Source: Zancudomyces culisetae HAW-14-8 (taxonomy: Eukaryota > Fungi > Kickxellomycota). Taken from it: a stretch of 64,000 nt of DNA. The stretch spans positions 5,146,001-5,210,000 of the forward strand of contig JBNJNM010000011.1 of NCBI GenBank assembly GCA_052426225.1. The letters are read 5' to 3'. The notes below the pieces were generated by a model that was given only the letters and a program-made list of their open reading frames with translations, searched no databases and was not told where the DNA came from. Positions 1 through 13,416 of this stretch are shown in pieces (position 1 is the stretch's first letter; every line of letters begins with the position of its first letter). The position numbers and the translations under genes were made by a program.

Positions 1-151
1 ATAGTTTTGAACTGTTAATGAATTGTTAAACAGCCAATAAAAATTGTGTGCTAAGACTTTGGTAGCTGGAAAACTGAGTTAGTATATCCTTTCGCAAAAA
101 AAAAAAAAAGCATATCTAAAAAGGGTAGGATTTAATGTATTCTTTAGTTAC

Positions 152-797
152 CTCTATAGAAAAGTATCCCCTGTCAACATAGTCTCCCATAAATAGATAG
201 TTTGTTTTTGCAGGATTTCCCCCCACTTCGAATAGTTTTATCAAATCATAGTATTGTCCGTGAACATCGCCACATACTATTATTAAAATTCAACTTGTTA
301 AATATTGGTTAGGTTATAATAACGTCGCTATACCTTGGTTGGATTATCATTTTAGACCGAAAAAAAAACAGATAAACAAACAAACAAACAAACAAACTTG
401 TGCTAAAATAACGTTTCTTACTTGTAATAGGTGTAGAAATTGTCAGCATGTTGGGTTCAGTAGTCAATATTTCTTTGCTTTTTTTTAAGATTCTCAATGC
501 TTGATCTTCGCTTAGTCGCCCTTCGTAGAAAAAAAACTCTTTAATAAACTCACAATTTGGTTTTTCGTCATCGTTGTTGTTGAAGATTTCGGAATCCTTC
601 GGCCTTTCACTAATTGGCTCAGTCACGTTTTTCATTACTCTATCGGTAGTATTAATCACACGTCCATCCTCCAAGGTAAAAGTGACGCTGGTTATTTTTG
701 GGATTTCTTTAGCTTTTTTCTCGGAATTCTTCAGTGATAACGAGTAATCGACCATATTTTCATTTTTTTGGCTTTTACTTTTTACATCTGTGCTCAT
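152..797 (-). CDS. CNA1: Calcineurin catalytic subunit A (PP2B), 5' exons; gene continues beyond the left edge of the window
   Basis: Exon 1 797..422 ([40 protein letters not shown]), GTAAG..ATAG intron 421..277, exon 2 276..152 reading [42 protein letters not shown]. Contains the PPP motifs GDxHG and GDYVDRG plus a calcineurin-type N-terminus. Confidence 0.93.
374..397. repeat. (AAAC)n microsatellite in calcineurin intron 1
   Basis: About six AAAC units read directly. Confidence 0.8.
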
Positions 798-3700
798 CTT
801 GAATGCGCTTTATTTTTATTATTTTTTTATGTTTATAAGCTTTGGTTTTTTTGATTTTGGATTTTCTTTATATCTTTGAGATTCTATTAATACAAATTTT
901 AGGTTGGTTAAATTGAACGATGTTTAAACTATCAATAACCTTTACATATTATAAATAGTATAAACCCAAGTATATTTTTTTAAACAAGCCTGGTAGCAAA
1001 TTTGCTGAAATATATATTTTTAAACTTTTTTGCCACATACAATTCGATAGCAAATAATATTGGTCTAAAATTAATTACCAAATAAAATGTAGTTGCAGGT
1101 TTTAGGCGCTAGTTACAGTATCAAACCTGCCCAACGATTAAATAGGTGCAATAGTAAAGTGAAGCTTAGACCACCATTTTAATGAGACATTTACTCACCT
1201 TTGTGCTATTTTTGTTGAAAAATGTAATATCTCTCGCCTGTGCTAAATATTATTTATACGTCTTTGAAAGTAATTGTATCACTCTTTAACACATATATAA
1301 CAGGTTGGCGCCTTACGTAGGTTCTTTTTAAAACTTGATCAATCGTATGGATGGTGTATTTTCGAGAAAAATTCATTCCATAATTTCGCGTGTTATATCT
1401 CGCCAATTTAAAAAACAATACTAGTTTGCTTTTAGCTCCTGGTAATACATATCCTGGATTATTATTTATATCAACAAGTGTTAATCCTATCTTAAATTAT
1501 ATTTCTCTAGAAACGTTAACTAAAAGGATTTAAGAGTTTATTATATTATGATACAACCCCTCTATAAACGGATAAAGGAAAAGTCAGCTTTATGTGGTTG
1601 TAGAATAAATAATAAAAAAAACTCTCACATTTATTATCAAAAAAATACATGTTTTGTTGCACTCTATGCAATAGGGTGTTATTCTTGGTATGATTGTCAA
1701 GGTGAGATAAACATTCAAACGTATTCGCAGAGAGAGCGTTTTTACCAAAACAATTTGGTTGCATTAAAGTAGTTCAAAATATCACTGTTGCATTCAGCTC
1801 AACTTCATTATGAAGCCAAAACCCTTATTTTTCTGTGTCTCTACTGAGTTTGCTCAATAACCTCTGCTAGCCCAATAAAAATGACTTTTTACGCAATATA
1901 GAGCTGTTTGATTGAATAGTCTTTACCTTCAATAAACAAATGATATAATAATATTTTCATGGCAAGGTTTGTTTAAATTAAAAATGTCATTTTGCGAACC
2001 TTGGTAGCAATAAAAAAATAGAGGAAATGACATACCTTTTAATACAATGGGATATCACATAGGATATATGGTATCCAATTGCCATATTTTTAGGATAAGT
2101 CTATAAACAACCAAACCCATCAAAAACTGCAAACTTAGACATAAATTATTACTGGCTGTCTCGGAGGGTATGCTTGCAATCAAGAAATGAAAACATAATA
2201 CCATTTAATGCTGAAAATATTTGTGATGAATAGTGGATTTTTGAACCAATGGTCGGGTATGAAGTAGAAATCCAAAATTTTTTTGAACTTTCAGGATTAG
2301 CAATTCACCATACATCCAAAATGGGGCAAGTAGAAGTAAGAGCAAATAAAGGATTTGTAAACAGAGTTCACTTAAAAAGAGCATTAGAGAAATCTCCTGT
2401 CCAATACCAAAATAACGAAATACATGTAAACCTTGGGATTGCTAACCAAGCGGGTTGACAAGATAAACAGATCTGCTACCAACGTTAATGGTAAACTGTG
2501 GCGTTTTTACTTGATTTATTTGCGATCTCTTCTCCCCCCCCTCCCATCGCTTAACGCATACTATTTCTCTGGTTCGCAAAGGTTTAAATTAGTACACATT
2601 TTACCGTAATTGAGTTTGCGGTATACACTTCATTTAGGCAACCTCACAACTTGGCTGGATTAGTTTCGATTCAACTTGAAAAACCAGGATATTAATCGAG
2701 CTACTCAATTTTAATCAGAACCCTCTTTTACGGATAATATACCATTTTTTTGAAGCTTGGCCTGCTCTCGCATCTGCACTTGCTTCAAAAAAATATTACT
2801 GACAAGTTTATATATTATGTGTTATGTGCAAATACATCTAAATGTGTATGAGGATTAACAAACCTTCACTTTTTCTCAGCTAGTGATATCATATTCAGAT
2901 TTAGGTATACTGGTTATCTCTATATTGTAGTGTTTAAAAAACTTAACTCTCTTCAACCAAAAAACCGTCATAGTTGAGGGGAAGGAGAAAGTACCAAGTT
3001 GATATATATGCATAACCGTTGCGTTATACAAGACGCTTTTTTATATACCTTTGTTGACAGGATGTTGGCAAAAATTTTGACGTTGGTTGATTATTGTGTA
3101 TTTTTTTTTCCCAAGCTGTTTGAATACCTATTTCCTTTCTATACCACTTCTTGTTAAAATCAATATGTATTGGTTGTACTTTTCTAAACAAAATGTATAC
3201 GCTTTATAAAAACCATCCTTGGTTATAGTTGGTTTCTGAAATCACGCTGACATGGCTTAGTGTGCATTATAATTTTGAGGTTAATACCTTTTAAACGCAG
3301 ATTTTCCCAAACTTTGCTTTATTATAGTCAGATGAACTTGGAGGTATATTTAGTATTGCATCTGTAAAAAGTCTAGCTAAAACGTACCCATCCAAACCTT
3401 GCTTTGAACTCATCTGTATTCTTGTAAGCCAGTTCCTGCAATAACACCAATTTATCTCCTCTTAATGAAGATAATAGGACCCAGGAATCGTTATGAGTTA
3501 ATATTGATTTAGTTCTTGGGATACTCCACACCATAGTTACACGAATATTGAGTATTTTGCTGAGGCTGTGATACCAGTACAAGTATTATAATGCATATTT
3601 TACACAAGAGTGTAATCGAAATTAATAACAACACCATTTTACCACATTAGAACAAGTGATCAAGTGCTTTTTTTAACTGGGTTTGAGCTTAGGTTTGGGG

Positions 3701-3936
3701 TTGGTTTTAGGTACGAGCTTAGTCTACCGTGGTTGTTTTATTTCAATGTTTATTTCTGATTGTTTAGTTGGTTTGGTTAAGTTCAAATGGTCAGAAATGC
3801 TTGGAATTTTATTTATTTATTTATTTTAAAAAATGTAAGCAAATTAAAAAGTCATGTTTTATAACGGGAATTGGCTTCGTTTTCTACAACAACAGCAATA
3901 TATAGTTGACTTTTTTCTTCATACTCCATTTCAAAA

Positions 3937-4581
3937 ATGGAACATAATGTTAAAAAGGGAATCAAAGAAAGCACAAATGCAACGACAATAGATGCATTTT
4001 ATAAATTAAAAGAGTATTTACAAGCCGAAGTAATTAGTAAGTAGCCTGAAATTGAGAATAGATTTCGACTTGTACGCCATTTGAGACGTCTTTTGTTGTA
4101 TTTTTATCAATTAGTAACTATTGGGTTTAAACTAGATTCGGCAGAGGATTTGACATTGTTAGAAAATGTTAATAACGAAGTGCAAAAAAAGTACCAGAAT
4201 CTGATAGCGCAGACACAGCTTTTGGTCTCCCAGGTATCCAAGGCTCAGCACCACTGTGAGTATTAACCGTTTTTTTATTACTGTATTCCAGTATTCCAAC
4301 TTTTTAATTTTTTTTTTCACAATACCAGAATTCTAACCAAAGATATTAATTATCAGTTAAAGAAATAGACAATTGTATCACAAGAGTAAACGATCTGCAT
4401 GGGCAAATACTAGAGCTTGAGGCTTTAGCCAAAGAAATCGAAAGCTATGCCCAGCATTTAGGTTAGTGTCTCTTGGGTTGAATAAAAGTATATAAACTGA
4501 TTACAAAATTCAGCACTTGACCTGCTAATATATTTTTTACAAATAGAAAAAAAATTCATGCAGTATCTTGATTCAAACTAA
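3937..4581 (+). CDS. BLOC1S2: BLOC-1 complex subunit 2 (BLOS2), 4 exons
   Basis: Exons 3937-4036, 4136-4255, 4357-4461, 4547-4581 with GT-AG introns splice in frame to MEHNV..AFYKLKEYLQAEVINSAEDLTLLENVNNEVQKKY..ILELEALAKEIESYAQHLEKKF. Matches the BLOS2 pattern YLxGEL..EDYxLLENMN..KY..LE..A..LDxY...LE. Not recovered whole by the ORF track. Confidence 0.85.
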
Positions 4582-5026
4582 AAGGCATCAACTACCCTTT
4601 TCATCATCATCGGAGAATACTCCGTTATACTTTATGTAGCTCTTTGGTGTAAAGTGTATATGTTGTAAAATCTTTTTTTTTGTTCCTCTTAAATAGTACG
4701 AGTTGAAAATATTGTGTATCATGAGAAATAGCAACTTAAAATTTTCATTTTTGTTTCTTGGTCTAAGCTTAACTTCATTTTGGTCTTATATATTATAGAA
4801 TGTATTATCATGTTTGCTTGAAAGCTGAATAAAACAATGTACTATCCCATCCCTAGCAGACCATGTGTTATCTGTTAATAATGTAGCCAGTATTATTTGT
4901 AATAGAAGAAATCAGTGGTAGTACAAAGTTTTTAAAAGCTATCATCAATAAATTTCCAGTTTAATACTCAAAATAAATATTAACGTTGGTTAGAATCTAA
5001 ACCGAGAAGGATCAAGATTGTCCATT

Positions 5027-5663
5027 ATGGAGACACCCACAAAAGCTTCGAAAGTCGCACCGCGAAACAGTAGTAAGTTGGTGCTTTTATACTCTGTATG
5101 TATGTATGTGTATGTGTATGTGTATGTGTGTGTTTATTTTTTATTTTTTTGGTTTTTGTACTTTATGTCTTATTTGCTTAAAACGATAGCACCAAAACCG
5201 CTCTTCAAGCAAAGGTAAAGTTAACCATTTTGCTATGCTACGTCACCAACCAGACCATGCTTGTGAATAGATTCGAGAAAGATACAACTGAGCTCGAAAA
5301 CGAGGTAGAAAGGCTCGAAAAAGAATGTGAAGAGCTTGAAATGAAATGGGGTAGCAGGTACGTTTTGGCTGTGGTAGTATCATATCAATTATTAATCTCC
5401 TCTTAGGTATATCAACAATACTGCAAATAACTAATAGAAGCATTTCTGATGCCAAAGAGCTGGTAGATAAACACATCGAAAACCTTCATGAGTATAACGA
5501 AATCAAGGATGCCACGCAATTGATTATAGGAAAGGTAGGACTTCACAGTTAATATATAGAAAGCTGAGGATACAGAAACTCATTTTCCTACAAATAGCTA
5601 GCCGTTATCGAGGGGAAAACAATAAAACAGCTACACGAGGAGTACGGGGTGGATGAGGAATAA
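5027..5663 (+). CDS. SWI5: Swi5/Sae3 DNA repair and meiotic recombination mediator, 5 exons
   Basis: Spliced product METPTK..FEKDTTELENEVERLEKECEELE..DAKELVDKHIENLHEYNEIKDATQLIIGKLAVIEGKTIKQLHEEYGVDEE*. HIxxLHEYNEIKD is the Swi5/Sae3 signature; all introns are GT-AG and phase-consistent. Confidence 0.9.
5095..5133. repeat. TATG/TG microsatellite in Swi5 intron 1
   Basis: tgtatgtatgtatgtgtatgtgtatgtgtatgtgtgtgt. Confidence 0.8.
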
Positions 5664-6206
5664 AGCGATTTCCAATGCATAGCAACCTTGTACTCAGTAT
5701 TTATAGAAAGGCAGGAATTAAAGCTGTGGATCTCGGGATTCGAAAGTTCAATTTAACACAATTAGGTTTTTTTCTTTTTATTTAGTTTATCTTTGGCTGC
5801 AAGTCGAGTCTATGTAATTAGTAGGGCTACGTATATAGATAAAATGCAATTAAAAAACACTAAAAACAGCCAGGTAGGTTGCAATATGAACTAGCTTTGA
5901 AATGAAAATGGTACAGTTGCTTTGCATTTTAAAGCATAAAAGTTCTCGTTTGCTAGTAAAATTTTTGTAGAAAACCCACCCTTTAAAGTATTGGATAGCA
6001 AGAAAAAAAAATTTTATATCGCCAACTTTCGTATATTTCAATCAATTAATAACAACAATAACAGCAATACTGATTAAAAGGTAGAAACATATATACGGTA
6101 GCAGGAATAGAAATTATCTAGATAATCAATCACACAGAATTTTAGAATAAGCACTGTAAAATAGCGTTGGTCATACTGTGACAAAGCATTAACAAAATAA
6201 AATAAA

Positions 6207-7847
6207 ATGCGGGAACCAAAGTTAAACGCGAAAGAAGAGTATGCAGTGATGGGCAGTGAACCATTTTCGCAAAATGAAGTCACAACTGGGGAAGAAAACT
6301 CCCGCTCCGATACCCAGGAAGCCATGAAAAGAGCAAAACAAATGGCCGAAAGGGTATTATCGGAGAAAACAGCTGGAAAAAAAAGAGGTTTTGACGATAA
6401 AGGGGAAGTGGACGAAAGAACTAGAGGGGGGAGCAGACAGAGGCGAAGAAACAGATGGGGGGATTCTGAAAGCAAGGTGAATATTCCAGGAGTTCCAACG
6501 GCAATAACAGCAGATATGACGAAAGAGCAACTTGAGAACTACACGGCAATCCTCAGAATCGAAGAGATTACACGGAAATTAAGGCTTGGGGACTATCTAC
6601 CCACTGCAAAGGAGCGATCTGTATCACCGGAGCCAATATACAATAGCGAGGGCAAGCGAGTCAATACCCGAGAGTACAGGTACAAAAAGAAGCTAGAGGA
6701 GGAACGCGCGCAGCTTATTGAACAGCAGCAAGCGCGAAATCCAGGGTATCAAGCGCCATCTGACTATCGCAAAACCACAAGGTTCAGTGATAAGTACTTT
6801 TTTCCAGTCGAGCAGTACCCTGATATCAACTTTATCGGGATGTTGATTGGTCCCCGAGGCAACACACTCAAGCGAATCGAAGCCGAGAGTGGATGCAAAA
6901 TTTCGATTCGTGGAAAGGGCTCAGTCAAAGAGGGCAAGACGCGGAGCGAAGTTATGCTCCCAGGTGCTGATGAGGATCTACACTGTATGGTGGTTGCAGA
7001 TTCGGCAGAAAAGGTGGCACGTGGAATTAAGGTTATCAAAGGTATCGTGGCAGAAACGTGCTTAAACCCTGAAAGCCATAACGAGTTGAAGCGGCTTCAA
7101 TTGCGAGAGCTGGCGTCGCTAAACGGTACACTACGCGAAGACGACGAAACGGGTGGGCTGACGTGTCCCAACTGTGGGCTGCCTGGCCATCGCCGCTGGG
7201 AATGTACTGCACAACAAAACATCACTGCATCGACAGTTTGTACAGTATGTGGTGGACATGGCCATCTTGCTCGCGATTGTATGGTTAAGAACGATCCACA
7301 TTTGTTGGCTGCGAACCGAGAAAAGGAAATGCAGCTCAATACCGAATATCTCAGCCTGATGGCTGAGCTCGGCGAGTCCATTCCACCACCTACCTCTGCC
7401 TCTACATCTACCTCCACTTCTACATCTACCTCTCTCCCTCCTTGGGCATCCGCGCCTGCCTCTAATCTCAACACTCTGGCACTTCCGCCACCACCAGCAC
7501 AACCTCATTCCCACTCACATTCACATTCACATTCACATTCTCGCTCTCATCCTCGCTCCCATCCTCGCTCTCATTCTTCATATCCATCTGGCTCCTCTCG
7601 CCCGTTTTATTCCAATATGGCTTATGGTCATCCCCCTCCTCCCCTCCCTTCTCACATCCACTCACATCCCCCTCCTCCCGCCAACCAATATCACCACCCA
7701 AACCCATCTTTATACTACCCTCCTCCTCCACCGCCTCCTCCATCATACTTTCCCCCACCACCACCCCCTCCACCTCGCTCCCCGCCACCCCCTCCACCCC
7801 CTCCTACTTCTCCACCGCCACCACCACCACCACCCTCTTCTATGTAA
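6207..7847 (+). CDS. MSL5: Branchpoint-bridging protein / splicing factor 1
   Basis: RRRNRW ULM, RSVSPEPIYNSEGKRVNTRE helix-hairpin, KH-QUA2 (NFIGMLIGPRGNTLK..IRGKGSVKEGK; QLRELASLNGTLR), two CCHC knuckles (CPNCGLPGHRRWEC, CTVCGGHGHLARDC) and a poly-Pro tail. Confidence 0.97.
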   Translation: MREPKLNAKEEYAVMGSEPFSQNEVTTGEENSRSDTQEAMKRAKQMAERVLSEKTAGKKRGFDDKGEVDERTRGGSRQRRRNRWGDSESKVNIPGVPTAITADMTKEQLENYTAILRIEEITRKLRLGDYLPTAKERSVSPEPIYNSEGKRVNTREYRYKKKLEEERAQLIEQQQARNPGYQAPSDYRKTTRFSDKYFFPVEQYPDINFIGMLIGPRGNTLKRIEAESGCKISIRGKGSVKEGKTRSEVMLPGADEDLHCMVVADSAEKVARGIKVIKGIVAETCLNPESHNELKRLQLRELASLNGTLREDDETGGLTCPNCGLPGHRRWECTAQQNITASTVCTVCGGHGHLARDCMVKNDPHLLAANREKEMQLNTEYLSLMAELGESIPPPTSASTSTSTSTSTSLPPWASAPASNLNTLALPPPPAQPHSHSHSHSHSHSRSHPRSHPRSHSSYPSGSSRPFYSNMAYGHPPPPLPSHIHSHPPPPANQYHHPNPSLYYPPPPPPPPSYFPPPPPPPPRSPPPPPPPPTSPPPPPPPPSSM

Positions 7848-8326
7848 TTAGAGTTTTTTTCTTGTACTACTTGATCTATTATGTACACCGTTATTTTGTA
7901 CTTTCGAAATCGGATTTAATCGATTTTTTTAGTTTTTTCAATCGATAATTACTTAACCCATTTCCCCAGTTCTCGGTTGGGTTAATTTCTAGCATTAATT
8001 TGGTTTAAATTCTAGAATAGTTTTAATATTCCTATACTATATAGCCCATAGCATCACAGTCTAGAAACTAGTTAATGTTTATATTTTATTTATAATGCCA
8101 AGTAGGGCTGGCTGTTTCAATTACTAAAGTATCTTGGCTCTTAAAATTAGTTCTCTTTTCTTAACTGCATTTTTTTTTTGAGAGAGCACACTATTAAATT
8201 CTGGGAAAGCCTATAAAGTATTTTTTTCTTCGCCATCGTTACCTCTTTTTGGTTAGTAGCACAAGTCGTTAAAATAGACAGACATTCGAAACCATTATAA
8301 ACACTACTTGATGAAAATATATAGTA

Positions 8327-10952
8327 ATGTCGAAAGAAGCTCTAGAGAGTTACAGGATTTTGGACGCAAAAACGCACTTGGAAGGTTTGTACTTTCTATT
8401 TTTTCTAATACACCCACCCTGTTCGTAGTAATAGTTACTAAAAACATAAAATAATAGCGACACCCGAAGATATAGGAGATTGGATAGAAGGGTCGCCTGT
8501 TCAACCATATCTACAGATCCAAGACGATGATACATCCTTTTTTCTTACCAATGCAATCATTAAGCTTTACAAACCTGGCACGCTCATAAGTCGCGATGCT
8601 GACGCTGTTTCTTTGGAAAAAGATTCCGATCAGCCCAACGTTTGCAATCAACCCCATATTGAAAACTCTGGCGATAGTACTAATATTCCCAAAACACCTT
8701 TTCAAAGTATACCACATCAAACTTATATTGATGATATCGAGCAATATTCATCTTCCCATAAAATTGAGGATCAAGAATCCTGTTATGTTTTGAAAGAAAC
8801 AATCGATGCGAATACAGCCGATCCATTTTCATTAAAGTCATTTGGCTCACAGATTAGCCTATACTCAATGTTTGAAAAGGATTTAATCATTGCAAGAGTC
8901 AAGACAAAAGGAATTTTGAAATCTAATTCCGAAAATATTTGTCATCCTTCACCATCAAATTTGAAAAGTTCCACATCATACCAAGAAGCCTCTAGTTCTG
9001 ATCCAACTCTTACAACACATGGTCAAAGCTTACCTTTAGCATCAAAGCAGCGCAAAGATGTGGGTTTGGATGATGGTGGAAGTACTGAAAGCGAGTGCAA
9101 CTATTTTTATTATAATGCTCATTACTTAAATAGTTTGCTTTACGACCTTGATCTCAAAAACAGTTCAATATCTGGCTACACAATATTCAATGTAAGTTAT
9201 GTTATTTTCAAGAGATGTTTCATACATAGGATAAATAGTTTTGTGCCATAAATGATTCTTATGACAGGTAAATTTTCATAGCCATTAGATCAAACCCAGG
9301 TAATTGAAAGTATCGAGTATTTCCGCGTAGGGCGGTTTCTAAATTGCAACTATAGTTATGATACTATCTCCAAAGAACAAAAGAAAAAAGAAATGTATAA
9401 CAGGATAAAAATAGTTATAAACCAAGCAATGTTGAAGAAGCCTACTCAACTTTCAAATGAAAAAAACAGTATTGATATACATAATGATTCAGGTCTAACC
9501 CAAGAAAGCGGGAAGATGCGTGATAATATACTCAAAGTTCCCGGGCTAGTTGACTTTACTCAATCAAAACCAGAATCAGAGCCCGAACAAGACCCCAAAA
9601 CCGGGCACTCTGTATTGAATATGGAAGCTGATACAAACCATTTGAAAAAACGCACAAATAAACAAGAAAAAAAAAATCATGGAGGTACTCTAAATACAAA
9701 GACAAGGGTAGAGTATTATCAGAAATACAAAACCGGAAAAAGAATCTTTCATTCTAAAAAAGAGATAGCGGATATTGTGAACAGAAAAAATCTTGAAACC
9801 TTAATGAAAATGATTTCAGAGCAAAATATTGAAGCACTTGACAAGGCCAAAACCTTGAGCGTTTCAGAAAATTTTAAGCTCATAACAGTAAACAGCAATT
9901 TCAGGCAAAGTAGTGAACAACCTAAAGTGCCTAAGAAGTTGCCACATACAGACAGCATTAGTGAGCTAATTTCGTCTTGTATACCGGACTCTGGATTCTT
10001 TATAACTCCATTTGTATATACACATATAATGCACAAAAAGTTGAATAGATTAGCAAAAATCAAAAAGTGCGTAAAAGTTCTCCAAACACCTATTCAACTT
10101 GATACAACAGGTGAATTTGAAAAACTCAAAGCAGAAGAAAATCATATTTTTTTGTCAAACAAAACTTTTCAAACTCATGGCTATACTCAACACCATTCTG
10201 ACTCCAAGCAAAGTTCGAAATCAAGATCCTCAACAGACACAAATATCATGTCAAGCAAAAGTTCCACAGACACAAATGCTACAACCGAAGATCTATATGG
10301 AGGAGGGAGGCAGATACATAACTTGGATCTAAACGTACAAAGAGTCTATCGTGCCTCCATGAGCCATCTTAACACGCTTTTTGTGTACAAAGCCGAATAT
10401 ATTTGCAATAGTGATGAATTAAAAACAAACACCGATTTACAGCAGTATTTTTTAAATAACCAGCTCCCTGATGACTATAACATTGAAATGGTTATTGTCA
10501 AGGATGTATTCTCTATTTCAGAAAACAAAAATATTAATTGCAAGATAGGGCTAATGAATAGTGAAAATACTCAGTGCACAATTGCTCATCCTTTATTTAA
10601 GGATAATAGCGTGTTTATTAGCATACTAAAAAGAGATAGCGGTGTAAACAACAATGAACATAATGGTGCGTTTCTTCCTTCCCTGCTTACCCGGATTAAA
10701 AACATATTTAAATCCAAACCTATCACACAGAATGATGAATTGGGGAACCACCAAGATGTTAACACCGAAATTGTTAGCAGATTCACACCGCAGTCAGAGT
10801 TAAAGCAAGAGGAAGATCACAAACGCAGTTGGAGAAATAGATTTCTTGGTGGCAGACTTTATCTAGGTCTTGTGATACTTATCTCGCTTAAAGTTATTTT
10901 GATTCTGTATTTAGCTTTGAGGATACACTACATGCATAAAAAAAAAGCATAA
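8327..10952 (+). CDS. DUF5092-like protein with C-terminal transmembrane helix, 3 exons
   Basis: Exons 8327-8384, 8458-9191, 9282-10952 join in frame, merging track ORFs 8613 and 9393. Motifs TPEDIGDWIEGSPVQP, DPFSLKSF..KDLIIARVKT, YYNAHYLN..NPLDQTQVIESIEYF and KAEYICNSDEL..QQYFLNNQL recall DUF5092 from memory. Hydrophobic tail LYLGLVILISLKVILILYLAL. Confidence 0.65.
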
Positions 10953-11584
10953 AAGATTTATGGGGAGGCATATTTCGTATTGTGTATGTTTAACTTTTGT
11001 TTAGTCTCGTTTCTCTTTCATAATCACAAAAGAACCTGCCAAAACTGCACCATTTAATTTTTCTGAAAAATAATAGCTCAGTGATTAATAACCCATTATC
11101 AATGGGATAGGATAATCAGATCATAAACTCCTCAATATAAACTATGCATAAAAAATGTAAATAAGTCGAATGTTGACCCAGAAAAAAGCTATATAAAAAG
11201 AATTTGAAATGGATAGACCACAAACCCAATTATTTGTGTTTTATACCCTTCCCATAGACGCACGCATACCGATTTTTTTACGCATAAAGTCTTAGTCGTG
11301 TCGCTATTGTTTCTAGATGATGTGCCCAGGTTGAATAGCGATGTCACATGTGACACAATTTGGTGCCAAAGCATTTCTGGTCATACAAAAAGAAAAGCTA
11401 CAATAAGGGCCCACCAATTACATGGCAATATTGATTTCCCACATTTCTGAATGGACAAGAAATTGTGCTTTGGCTAGATTTTTTTTCTTTAAGTAACCCC
11501 ACTCCCATAGCTGGCATTTGCCTGTTTTGTATTAGAATACGCGAGTTGTTTTACTATTTAAATAGCTGGTACAATGTAAATATA

Positions 11585-13326
11585 ATGCAAGCAATCAGAA
11601 AAATTACTTCGGGAAAACTAAAATGGTACAAGGACGATAATACTGGGATCGAGCTCTGTCTTTCGTGTAATATTTATCATTCAGCTTACGATTTGATAAA
11701 GGATGGTTGTCTGTTTATTCAGGCATTATAGATTTGTACATTTTTTTTAAAAAAAATAAAAAAAATAGATATCACACCTCGAATAATTGGAATGAGCTTC
11801 CCAGCGACTGGACTTGAGCAGCTGTGGCGACATTCGTACAAAAATGTAAAGAGGTATGTGTACATATTTGTGGAAAAAACATTTATTATACATTTTACCT
11901 AGTATAACTATATTTTTGCGGATTAACAGCTTTTTAGATTTCAACCATCCCAATCGGTACAAAGTTTATAATCTGTAAGCATTGAATCTGTATTTAACTA
12001 CTAGTATAAAGTTAAAATTTTCATTAAACGCGAGTCATGATGGCAAACCCCTAGGTGTGAAGAACGCGCATACCCTAATACATACTGGGAAAAGACCGAA
12101 AGGTATGGATTTTTTGATCATAGCACTCCCAATATTGAGCAAATGTTTGCGTTTTGTCAAGATGCAAGTGAATGGTTGGCATCCAACGCGGAAAATGTGG
12201 TTGTAATTCACTGTAAAGCTGGGAAGGGAAGGACAGGGCTTTTTACGTGTGCCTTACTTTTGCATTTAAAGATATCTCGAGGATATGAGGAAACTATGTA
12301 CATCTACGCAAGGGAAAGGACAACTGATGGCAAGGTAAACTGTTTTCAGGTCGAATGGCTATGCCGACAAGTTGGCGGGTGTATTTTTAGAATTTTTTAT
12401 AACCCCAACTGTGTTACTGAATATTTTATGGCACAAACATAGGGAATTACTATAAAGAATCAAATTCGCTATGTTGACTACTTTGATACTCTTGTTAATG
12501 AGATGAGCGGGATTTATGAAAATATTTCAGTTAACATTGGTTCTATTCATCTTTATTCTCGCAATGAAAGAGTTGGTAAATATTGTCCTGATTACATTTT
12601 AAATATTGTTATAACCCCTTTCTCTGTACAAGAGTCACTAAAAAAAAGATGTATTTGAATAACAGGAGCTGTCTATAAAATAAATTTGACTGATAGTAAA
12701 AATAAGATTTTACTGTCCTCGACTGACTACGAATCTCTTTATAAGGTTTTTTTTAATTTTTATTTTCACAAGTATAATCGTTATTTTAATATAAACGTGC
12801 TCGTCTCATATGACTATAACGTGGAATAACAGATACAACTCGATTTTAGGTTTGTAGCCATTGCAAAGAATCATACTGTACTTTTCTATTTCCGCTTACA
12901 TTTAGTGTCAAAGGGGATTTCAAATTAGAATTCCAAGTCCTGACAAAGTTTCTTACTGTAATTGCCAACTCCATTATTCTGTATTTGACATACAAAATCA
13001 AAATTTATTAGTACCAAAAAAGTATAAAACCCACTTATTCATCAAATGGTAAACCAATGATATAGTTCGACTATCCCCAGGTTAGCTTGAATACCACGTT
13101 TTTGAATAATAGTTTTGAAAATGAAACTTTGCGTATTAGCGAATGCCCATACTGTAACCGTACAAATCCGGATTTGGCACCATGTTTTAAAGGAGTAAAA
13201 ATTCCAGGGCTAAGTTTCCAAAACTACTCGACAGTTATGTTTCTTGACAATGTGTTGGATTGTAAAAGCTTTATTTTGTCACCCTTTATGTTCTCTATTT
13301 CTTATTATGCAAAGAATGATAGATAA
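11585..13326 (+). CDS. TEP1: PTEN/TEP1-type phosphoinositide 3-phosphatase, multi-exon (3' exon boundaries approximate)
   Basis: Spliced MQAIRKITSGKLKWYKDD..ELCLS|YITPRIIGMSFPA..|YKVYNL|CEERAY..FFDHSTP..IHCKAGKGRTG..RERTTDGK|GITIKNQIRYVDYF. HCKAGKGR is the PTEN P-loop; C2-like exons follow. Confidence 0.9.
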
Positions 13327-13416
13327 TTCAGTAGGAGTTGTTCTATATACAAGATTATTTAATATTACGAGTGTATCTTGGCAGTACTAGAATGCTTCAT
13401 AGCTGAATACCCACTA

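Noticed and set aside
1546-3582. Short ORFs and coding-like stretches between CNA1 and BLOC1S2
   Set aside because: Frequent stops, no consistent splice model and no recognisable family. May be decayed sequence but cannot be supported.
3685-3725. TTAGG/TTTGGG telomere-like words
   Set aside because: Too few and too degenerate; internal promoter-region location.
6074-7851. Overlapping ORFs around MSL5, including His-rich and Gly/Glu-rich ones
   Set aside because: Alternative-frame readings of the poly-Pro and Ser-His low-complexity tail.
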